Positions 1 to 10,331 of a DNA stretch of 64,000 nucleotides are shown here, one piece after another (position 1 is the first letter of the stretch; every line of letters starts with the position of its first letter). The notes under the pieces are model-generated. The model had not been told where the DNA came from. It did no database searches and saw only the letters and a program-made list of their open reading frames with translations. The stretch comes from Paraspadella gotoi. Its lineage: Eukaryota; Animalia; Chaetognatha. Made by a program: the position numbers and the translations under genes. The stretch covers positions 29,141,290-29,205,289 of the forward strand of contig CM119264.1 of NCBI GenBank assembly GCA_051294375.1. Direction: 5' to 3'.

Positions 1-215
1 CCCGATCCAAACCCGAACCCGAACTCGTTTCCTCGGCTCGCAAACATCACCAGTGAGCCACTTCCCGAGCCCTAACCCTCACCCTAGCCTCACCCCCTTA
101 TGTAACCATATCATTTAAGTAAGTAGACAGAGATATATAATTAAAAAAAATAAAATTATTACATGCCTTTTCTTTATATTTAATCTTTCATTCGGTTTCG
201 TTGTTTTAAGTAGTT

Positions 216-322
216 AGAGAAAGTTTGATTTGGAATGTGACAACGATTGGATTTGTTAATATAATATAATGTTTTATATTAATAAAACTAATCGTTGTCA
301 TATTCCAAATCAAACTTTCTCT
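216..322. repeat. Imperfect ~107-bp palindrome (MITE-like hairpin)
   Basis: agagaaagtttgatttggaatgtgacaacgatt pairs with aatcgttgtcatattccaaatcaaactttctct, and pairing continues into the AT-rich centre. Confidence 0.85.
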
Positions 323-647
323 GATTTTACTTTTTTATATTTTGATTTAGACATTTTATTTTTATTTCTAATTCCGTTTTGGATTTATTTCGAGGCGAGA
401 GAAAATTGAAATCCTTTCGCCAAACAAATGAGCATCGAATTTTTTCTTTTTTTTTAAGTTTCCCATTTTAAATTAAAAAAAAAAATTATCCAATCTTTTA
501 GTTGTTTTTTTTTTCGTATTTGAAATATCTCTTTTCAACTTTTTAAAAATCCCTTATCAATAAAAATAAATTATTAAAGTCTTATATTCCTCCTATTTAT
601 AATCTAATACGCATTTTTCAATTTCAATGATTTTATTTTAGATATTC

Positions 648-678
<31 letters not shown>

Positions 679-2558
679 CATTTTCCTTTGATTCTTTTAA
701 TCTCAAGTTTCCCTTTCAGTCGAATTTTTCTCCTTCCCTTTTGTTTTTTTTTTCTATTTTTTGTTTCTCATTTCGTTTTGTTTGTCGCCGGAAAAAGAAA
801 ATTCGCGAAACTCAATCGTCCTTTCGGCCATAAATCTATGATAAAGAAAAAAGAAACAGACGGAACGGGAAAAAAAAACGTCTCTCTCTCTCTCTCGTCA
901 TCTCTCATCGAAACATCTCTCGTCTCTCTCTCCTGCTCTCTCTCTCTCTCTGGCCTGCTCTCTCTCTCTCTTTCAATCGATCTAAGCCATTTTTGTCACA
1001 CGTCTACGCATCGAGCTAATATCGAGTCGTGGACGCATTCACGCTCTCTGTTGAAACGATGCGTCGATTTAATGATATAGAATAAATATTTAAAAAATAG
1101 AAGAGAAAGAGGATAGTTAATATTTACCACTTAGTTTAAGTTAAATAAGAAAAACTAGTAAAACGCAAATATTACCGACTGAAAATGTTGAATTTAGAGA
1201 ACGAAATTTCAATGAGAGTGAGAAACAAAACAAAGAAGAGAAGGCGGCGACCAAAGCAGAAGACAAGAGACAGAGACAGAGAAAGACGGAAACAGAGATA
1301 AAAGAAAACATAGACAGAAACAGACAGAGACAGAGACAGCGAAAGAAAAACCAAAACTCTCTTCGCATTTCAAAATATCGACAAATCATCTCAGTCAGTT
1401 ATTTTTTTAAAATTCAGATCCCGAGGAGATTCTTAGAATTTAGACAAGATTTTTCTGCGATATTAAGAAACCTTAGGCATCAACATATTCTTTATAGGTA
1501 TACACTATACTGTGTAGGTTAACAATACTATACAAATTCATAGCAGAAGCGGAAAAACAAGGTTCAACTTGGTAATTCAATAGTTTTCAATGTTTTGTTA
1601 ACTACATTTTCCATTATTTTGTTCGGTTAAGTTCTTATTATTAAATTTTGTTAAATTGTAAAATCTTGAAATTTTTGCCTTCTTTTGTATGTCATGTTGT
1701 ACTTGTTTAACTATACATATAAAACATTTCCTACACATTCATTATTCCCTAGACCCCGTCTACTAAAAGTTTTTTTCCTAAAAAATGAACAAAAATTGTC
1801 TTCCTCTTGACTCTTCTTCCGCGATGGACACGCCCACAAACTTTGCCCGCTCGGAATGGAAACTCTCGTTCGCTCCTACGTGCCCACACTCAGGACCATT
1901 AAGCTCCAACGCGCCCACACTATGGGCAATCTTACTCCTATGCGCCCACACTTACGGCCATTAAAATCCAACGCCCCGCCAATATGGATCATTTTACTAC
2001 TATCGCTCTCAGTTATTGCAATTTTGATCCAACGTGACCACACGTTTGACGCCCACGGGGTAAAGCCGCTTCGCCCGAGAACCTTTTGCTCATTTTATCC
2101 GTCGCTCGGTGACAATGGATTCAAAATAAACTAAAAAAACTTAGGCGATCCAAACCTAAACATCGCACGTCACGTGATGCTCTTCACTTATTCACAGCTT
2201 CGGGTCCGTAGACTTAAATCCCAAAGATCCTTTGGGACCAATTTTAAACCAAAACCAAACTTAATTCATTAATCTTCCCATTTACACCTTTTCCTCTCCC
2301 CCAGCGCCCATCCCCCACGCGCGGACTCTCGATTCGTCACCGCTCGACCGTCAAGCGTCTCCCTCTACGAACGCGACCTCTCGTGGCGCGGGGGCGATCC
2401 ATTGCCTCGCCCACATCGCCCCCTCCCAGCTTCGTCCCCGCCCGCCGCCGCGGCTTTAGCGCCTTTTCAAAATCGCGTCGCTCGTTTTCTCGTCGTCGAG
2501 CCTTCCGGAGCCGGGGACGTCTGTCTGTCTATTTGCTAAGCACTCAGTTCTCTCTCTG

Positions 2559-2594
<36 letters not shown>

Positions 2595-3204
2595 GTCTCT
2601 CTCTTGTCTCTTCCTCTCTCTCTCTCTCTTCTCTCCGTTCCTCTCTCTCTCTCCCGTCGCGTCCTCGTACGTTCCGTCGACGTCTCGACCTTCCGGACGA
2701 GCTGGAATGTCTGTCTATCTGTCTGTCGGCGTCGTTCTGTCTGTCTGTCTCTCAGTTGCGAGCCCCCCTATTTCTCCCACTCGCCGAACACACCTCAATA
2801 ACACACTACCGGTCCCATTTCTCTCAACGCGCCCTCTACGATCATTAATAAACAAAGAGGCCGCCTCGTTCTCGCTTCGTTTTCGGCGTCGAATCACAGA
2901 TTCTGCATTGGGCGTCCTTTTTTTTTTTTTTTTTTTGGAAAGAGAGGCGCCCAGCAGGCGAACCCTGGCGTAGGCCTTTCTCCCGCAGGGCGCGCAATCC
3001 ATCTGCCCACACAGTTGGTCACCATGCCACAGCCCCAATAACACCGCACCACTCTACTCACATGCGCAGCCACAACAACACCCACCTAAGCCACTCACAT
3101 GCCAGCCACATCTAAACCCACTCGCGCTTCATTTTTGAGATTGGCTCATCCTCTATATTCGGGCTGACATTTCTTTGTATTCCCCGAATGACCTTTGCCA
3201 ACAA

Positions 3205-3271
3205 GACCGTTCTCTCTCTCTCTCTCTCTCCGCTCTCCTCTGCTTTCTTCTTCCTCCGTCTCCTCTCTCAT

Positions 3272-3305
<34 letters not shown>

Positions 3306-3415
3306 ACTCTTCTTTTTTTTTTTTCTATTTTTTTTTGCTCTCGCCTTTTCTCTATTTTTTCCCACACCAATGTTGATTTCGTTTTGCCTGTCGGTCCGGT
3401 TTATCTTTCTCTCTC

Positions 3416-3502
<87 letters not shown>

Positions 3503-3623
3503 CCGTTTTTAATCTAATGTTCTTAAAGTTTCCTCCGTCAACATCTTTTCTTTTTCTTTCTCAGAGAATTTCTCTCTCCTCTTTTACTCCACTCCTCTCG
3601 ACTCAGACAAAGCCACACCTTAA

Positions 3624-3710
<87 letters not shown>

Positions 3711-3719
3711 ATTTCTCTC

Positions 3720-3751
<32 letters not shown>

Positions 3752-3799
3752 TATTTTTCTTTCTCTCATTCTCTTCTCTCTCTCTCTCTTCTCTTCCAT

Positions 3800-3885
<86 letters not shown>
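3205..3885. repeat. Interrupted (CT)n microsatellite complex
   Basis: Directly visible. Confidence 0.95.
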
Positions 3886-4325
3886 TTGCGCCCTACTTTC
3901 CTCCGGTTTTTTATTTCTTTTAATTCCTCGTCGCTCCCGCGTGTTGAGCTTTTCAAATCGGATTTCTTAGAAATCCTAACGAGTCTCTCTTCTTTCCTCG
4001 CCTCCTTTTTTTTCTCCCTTCGTTTCTTGTTTCTCCTTTTTTCCTTTTTTTTTCTTCTTTATTTCCTTCCTCCTTTTCGGTTTAACTTTTTTACGTCTTT
4101 TTTTTCTAATTTCATTTTTACTATTTTCATATTATTTTTTAAACTATCTCTTCCAATGTACACTATGTTTCCTATTAATTAACTCATCTATTTGTTCATA
4201 TTTACTATTTATTGCATCTTTCTTTCGCCGTTTATACTATCGTCTTTTACTATTTCTCCCATCTTTACTTTCTTCCCTCACGCTTTTCCTCAAACTTTCT
4301 CCAGAGAGCTTTTCTAGTTCCTGTG

Positions 4326-4449
<124 letters not shown>

Positions 4450-4742
4450 ATTCGGTTATTTTTCTTCTCAGTTTAAGTAAAAAAAAAGCATCATTTCGCC
4501 GATAAATAAACAAATAGGAATCCTCATGAAAAGTAAACAATCGCCGAGAAAAATACAAATACTAAATACAAATACCACAGCCACCGTCACATTCATGTTA
4601 ACCGCCTTTTTTAGTTAATAGTTTTCAAGTTAAAAGTTCAATGTTACATGTTTTCATTCGACTTCGTCCGTTCTTTTACATTCTTTATGCATTTCCCAGG
4701 CCACGGCCTCCAGTCTCGTCGAACAATAGTCGGCTCCCTCAA

Positions 4743-5196
4743 ACATCCGGTTTACGTGAATCGCTTCGACAAAAACTCTTTTTATTCTACGTCGTCGTGA
4801 CCATCTGCTTCTCTCTTTGACCAGATCCGGGAGTCGGAAGCGACTTCCGGGTTCGCATCCTGGACGCGGAAGCAACTTCCGCTTTTGCATACCGAATTCA
4901 GTCGTGAATTCTCCCTTGGCTTCGAATTCTAATTACACTTACTATTTCACATTTGCATAGTTATACCCTAGGAACCAATCTGATTTTGCCCGGCGACGCC
5001 CTTATTCACATCCGGTTTTCCATGGCCACGTTTCATTCCACTTCCGGGTCGCGACTTCCGGTTTTAATTCTAACTTCCGGTCAAAATTTCCGGTTCCCTT
5101 CCTCTTTTGTGTCATCAGTTTTTGTCGCCTCCATTCTTTCGGCTCCAACTTCCGGCGTCTCTGCTCCTACTACCGAAGTCTCGGCCAATTTTCCGG
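4743..5196. promoter_or_regulatory. Homotypic cluster of ETS-type motifs (CCGGAAGT), candidate enhancer or promoter
   Basis: ACTTCCGG at 4843, 5040, 5054, 5073, 5148; ACATCCGG at 4743, 5008; ATTTCCGG at 5086; ACTTCCGC at 4875. Function is inferred from motif density only. Confidence 0.5.
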
Positions 5197-6373
5197 CATC
5201 TCTGACGGCGAAGTCGTTAGAACGCGGGTCTGTGGAAGAAGTGGTACTTGGATTCGAGGATGGGCTTAACGCAATTACGACTTACTATTCAGATTACGTA
5301 TCATTCGTTTAAAATCTATGAAAAACAATCAGGGTCAAGCTATTTTATTATCTAGTAAGAGGGATGAAGGCAATAACCGACTATCGTCTGTCTAAAGTCA
5401 TTAAGCAAGATAGATTTTTGAATGAATGGCAATTTTTTATCTTACTTGTACCAAGTTTATAACTGTATTTTTTTTCAGCGAAAGAAAAAATTTATGGTCA
5501 ACTTATCATCAAAAGTGCAAAATTTTCTCATCTCTTCAGCTTTGCTCGCGTTATCACTAGTAGAATATTCAATACGTTACTGATAAAGTTCCACACAAAA
5601 TTAAATTATTCCACACAAAAAAACTGTTGCCAAACTCGTCGTTTTCACGCGCGCATCGATCTGCATGCGAGTTGCCTTTCGTACACGCAAAACCTGCGTG
5701 CGACGTTCTCAATTGCTTCTTTCTCTCTCTCTCTCTNNNNNNNNNNNNNNNNNNNNNNNNNNNNNNNNNNNNNNNNNNNNNNNNNNNNNNNNNNNNNNNN
5801 NNNNNNNNNNNNNNNNNNNNNNNNNNNNNNNNNNNNNNNNNNNNNNNNNNNNNNNNNNNNNNNCTCGCGATTTTCCACCTCAACCTCCAAAACCATAAAT
5901 CTTTTTTTTTTCGTTTCCCAGTTTTTTTCACCGACGTTTGATTACAAAAGAAAAAAAAAGAAAAGAGGAAATTCCTCGGGAGAATCGCTTCATCCTCAGC
6001 TGAAGGAGAGACGACGTGAATTCGCCCCAGCTGCTCTTCAGCCACAGAGGCGCGTTGTGTGCGATAGCTAGCTCGTTTCAGCTGCAGCTCGCAAACTGCA
6101 GCGACGCAGCTGCGGAATTGCAGCAGTTCGCTAGCGGTAGCAGTGAAGCTGTCGCGTTGAAGCTGCAGCGTCATGGCTGCAGCTTTGCAGCTGTAAAGTT
6201 GCAGCAGTTCGCAAGCGGCAGATTTCAAGCTGCTCTTCAGCTTCACGGTTCAATCGCATGAGACTCTGTGAGGCGATGAAGAAATTTGGAAAGTTAACGT
6301 CGGTTGCTTGACTGACTGTTGATGACTGTTGATGGTTTTCGCGAGAGCGATAGAGAGAGAGAGAGGAACGGAG

Positions 6374-6409
<36 letters not shown>

Positions 6410-8149
6410 NNNNNNNNNNNNNNNNNNNNNNNNNNNNNNNNNNNNNNNNNNNNNNNNNNNNNNNNNNNNNNNNNNNNNNNNNNNNNNNNNNNNNNNNNNN
6501 NNNNNNNNNNNNNNNNNNNNNNNNNNNNNNNNNNNNNNNNNNNNNNNNNNNNNCTCTCTCTCTCAAATTCGTAGAATTAAATCGGAATTTTCCGTTAGCG
6601 ACGCGGCCGCTCGGAAGGATGGGGAATTCCAAAAAAATAAAAAAAAAAGTTTTTATAAAATCATTAAAATTTGAAACTTTAGATTTTGGGAGTCGTGAAA
6701 AGAGGGGAAATAGTAAAACCTGGGAGGAAGTGATAAAAGTAGGAATAAGGGGAAGGTATTAAGAAAGATGAAATGGGGGGGAAGATAAAAAGGGGCAGGA
6801 GGAAAAGGGAAAAAAAGGCAAGTCGTTACGAAAACAACTAAGGATGATAAAAGGTTTTAGAGACAGAGAGAAAAAATGGAGGAAAGGAAAGAAATACGGA
6901 GGAAGAGAAGATAATAATGGAGTCGANNNNNNNNNNNNNNNNNNNNNNNNNNNNNNNNNNNNNNNNNNNNNNNNNNNNNNNNNNNNNNNNNNNNNNNNNN
7001 NNNNNNNNNNNNNNNNNNNNNNNNNNNNNNNNNNNNNNNNNNNNNNNNNNNNNNNNNNNNNNNNNNNNNNNNNNNNNNNNNNNNNNNNNNNNNNNNNNNN
7101 NNNNNNNNNNNNNNNNNNNNAGAGAGAGAGGAAAGTGAAAAAAAAGAGACTATGAAGCGGTCGGCCCATTGAGAAAGGAAGAAAGAAAAGATAAAAATTT
7201 AAAGAAAGGAAAGAAAAAAAAAGAAAGAAAGGAAAGGGAAGAAAGAAAAGAGAAAGGAAAAGGCGGTCGAGCAGGGAAGAGATTGAAGTGATTTTCAATA
7301 GGAGGAAAGCAGAAGGGAAAAGGAAAAAGAAAAAGCAAGAAGAGAAATGTGGGGATGTGGATATAAAGGGATGTGGTTAGAGATTAGAAGACACTTCTGT
7401 GGGGAATAACCTGAGAAATGTCGGGATGTGGATATAAAGGGATGTGGGGAGAGAATAGGACCCACATCTCCCAGGAAAAAGAAGGGACATTTGGTGATAA
7501 ATGGATAAGGGGATGTGGAGATCGAGAGAGGGACAAAAATTGGAAAGAGTGACGCGAAGGCAATTCGAAAGTTATGAATAAATCTTGACTCAGCGATCGA
7601 GAAGTTTTTTTTTTTTTTNNNNNNNNNNNNNNNNNNNNNNNNNNNNNNNNNNNNNNNNNNNNNNNNNNNNNNNNNNNNNNNNNNNNNNNNNNNNNNNNNN
7701 NNNNNNNNNNNNNNNNNNNNNNNNNNNNNNNNNNNNNNNNNNNNNNNNNNNNNNNNNNNCGACTGTAACGACACCTTGGGGAAGAGAGGGGGAGGAGGAG
7801 GAGAGGGAGGAGGAGGAAGAGGAGGAGGAAGAAGAGGAGGATAAAAATGATGGATAGAGAAGTGGGTTTTCAAGGAGCAGGAAAAGGGGAAAGGGAGAAC
7901 AAGAATAAAACGAAAAAGAGGAAAGGAAAAAAAAAGGCAGGATAAGCTCTATGTGATGGTTAATTAACGACCTTTATGAATAACCAATTTCATTTTGTAA
8001 GTAAACCCTAACCTTGCATTTTTGCTGTTTTTTTTGTGTGTTCGGTTGCAAAATAACAGACTATTGTCGAAATCAATTTGAGCAACGACCAACTGTTGAC
8101 AAAAAAGCTGAATCAACCCACTAATAGATAATTAATATACATATCGCAT

Positions 8150-8257
8150 CGTTTTTCTCTCCGAAAAAAATCGACCAATCGTATTTATCCTCACCGCCAA
8201 AAATGGACCAATCATATCGCTTTCTCACCGACGCCAAAAATCGACCAATCATATCCC
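8150..8257 (+). repeat. Short degenerate tandem repeat (~33-38 bp, 3 copies)
   Basis: aaaaatcgaccaatcatatcgctttctcaccg recurring. Confidence 0.7.
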
Positions 8258-8810
8258 AAAGAAGTCGCCGACCTCAGACCAAAACATCGTCTCCAAGGAG
8301 ACAGAGAAGCTTCTTCCATTATTTATTATCAACGAACGAATTTTTTTTTCTCTCTCGATTATTTATTNNNNNNNNNNNNNNNNNNNNNNNNNNNNNNNNN
8401 NNNNNNNNNNNNNNNNNNNNNNNNNNNNNNNNNNNNNNNNNNNNNNNNNNNNNNNNNNNNNNNNNNNNNNNNGAAGAAGTAGGAAGTGTTGATGAGGATG
8501 ATGATGATGATGATGACGATGATGATGACTATGATGATGATTATGATGATGATGATTATGATGATGCCACCTCAGACAGCTTTGAGAGCGAGCTAGTCCT
8601 TCGCTGGACGAATGCCTTTCAAGTCAAGTCAACTCAGGACGACGTCAACAAATAGAATGTCGACAACGACGACGACGACGACGACGACGTCAAACTCTCA
8701 AATTCAATTCCTTCGAGTTTCTGGGATCAAATTCGACTTAACTCGATGACGGAAGGAAATTAATTAAGGGGAGGGTGAGGTTCTCCATAAATTCATCGCG
8801 GAGATGCGCC

Positions 8811-9075
8811 GAGTCACGTGATTACGAGGCGAGAAAAGTCACGCGATGAAATCGGTTAGAAAGACACGTGATCTCGTCCGAGATCTAAGCCCAAAAAAAT
8901 TCACGAGTTTCTGGGAAAAAAAGAAAAATGAATCAAGTCGAAAAAAAAAGTCATTCGTTCTAGCATTAAAACAAAAATTACATTATTCGAGTGAGAAAAT
9001 CATGTTATGTCGGCAAAAACAGTCACGTGATGCCGATAGAAAAAGTCAGGTGATCCCGGAAAAGTCACGTGACTT
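8811..9075. promoter_or_regulatory. Homotypic cluster of GTCACGTGA E-boxes (USF/MiT-TFE/CLEAR-type)
   Basis: GTCACGTGA at 8813, 9022 and 9064 (within palindrome aagtcacgtgactt), plus one-mismatch variants at 8838, 8863 and 9045. Confidence 0.5.
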
Positions 9076-9202
9076 CTCGAGCCTCGAGCGATGACATCAA
9101 GATTTCATGGATTGTCGTTGACGACACCTGAGTCGACGAGAAAGGCTTAGAGTTTGGGAAAGAAATGGAGAGGGTCCTTTTGACATCCAATTTGGTGCAA
9201 AG

Positions 9203-9370
9203 AAATCTGAGCTTAAATCGAGGAAAATCTGGATTAAAATGAAAGGAAATCTGGATTTAACTGGAGACAAATCTGGATTTAACTGGAGGCAAATCTGGAT
9301 TTAACTGGAGGAAAATCTGGATATAACTGGAGGCAAATCTGGATTTATCTGGAGATAAATTTTGATTTAA
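9203..9370 (+). repeat. 22-bp minisatellite, ~7 copies
   Basis: Unit aaatctggatttaactggaggc. Confidence 0.9.
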
Positions 9371-10122
9371 GACACAATGAAAAATGGCGTAACGTTACTG
9401 TTCCGTGCATAAAAAAAATTGAAAATGAATTTGTCATATTGTTATTTAGATTAATTGACTAATTACAAACATATGATTCATATAAATTGAAGAAATGATG
9501 GGTAAAAAATATTCATCTTGGTTTCGGTTAACTATTAAGTTATCGTTAAAATTTTGTTTTAATAATATTAATATTTTTTTTGCATTTATAAAAGCAATGG
9601 TCTAAAATTTTGTAAGCGTTTCGAGCTATATTGCTACATCTTTTTTACTATTTTTGATCTAGTTAGCTTTTTTGTTGATGGTCAAGGGTTATGGTCAGAC
9701 ACAGTAATGTCCAGTAGTGTATATCGCACATATTACCAAAAGTAATAATCAATTAATTTGGCTCAGAAACAATTTTAAAGGGACAAAATCAGCACGAGAC
9801 AGTAACGCCACGTTATTTTTCATTGTGTCTTAACTGAAGTCAAATCTGGATTTAAATTTTTAAATAGAAGAAAATGTTGATCATATGGACCCAAGTAATG
9901 ATGCAAATCTGGATTGAAATGAAGACATGAAATAAGAGTTTGGACTAGAGTACAAATAATCTCCCTTTCCTTTGGTCTCATTTTTCCGGATCTTTGAGAC
10001 CCAAAATTTAACTTTTTTAAGACAATTAAGGCCACTTTAACAGTTTAAGGCCATTAAATTTGAAGCATTTATCTTAATTATTAGATAAATTAATCTATAA
10101 TTTGTTTTTAAATATTCCCCAC

Positions 10123-10331
10123 CTGATTGTCCCAGATGAACTGTTTCTCTGGGCAGTCGAGTTTCGGCGCAAAGTGAACGTTGAGTCGTTCGTAGTCGCA
10201 GGTCAGATTCGCGTAGGCGACGTCCCAGTCGCGGTGCGTAGCTACGCAGCGCAAAGCTTTACCGTGGTCGCGAAAGGAAGGCCGCAGCGTAGCGTTGCTT
10301 ACGACGTGGTGGGTGGAGTTCATGCCTCGGC
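10123..10331 (-). CDS. IgSF protein exon, second half of C2-set Ig domain and start of a third domain (209 nt)
   Basis: Acceptor ccctttccacccaacag|, donor CAG|gtgggg. Translates (G)RGMNSTHHVVSNATLRPSFRDHGKALRCVATHRDWDVAYANLTCDYERLNVHFAPKLDCPEKQFIWDNQ. DHGxxLxCxAxH and LNVxFAP are typical of nephrin/Kirre/nectin/CADM-type C2 domains. Confidence 0.93.

Noticed and set aside
3175-4182. 335-aa ORF and the many other SL/ER/F-rich ORFs in the track
   Set aside because: Translations of (CT)n/(GA)n and poly-pyrimidine tracts or of N gaps; no domain signal.
4780-4928. Minus-strand frame ..CFRVQDANPEVASDSRIW.. as the third Ig domain exon
   Set aside because: Cys-to-ANP spacing is atypical, the acceptor has no pyrimidine tract, a stop follows soon, and the sequence is explained by ETS-motif repeats.
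5081-5315. Possible 30-nt micro-exon (5286-5315), short intron and terminal exon encoding a cytoplasmic tail (DFKRMIRNLNNPRSNDF..RKF*)
   Set aside because: Splice dinucleotides and phase are plausible, but no linking transmembrane exon or homology supports it and it overlaps the ETS cluster; unproven without RNA-seq.
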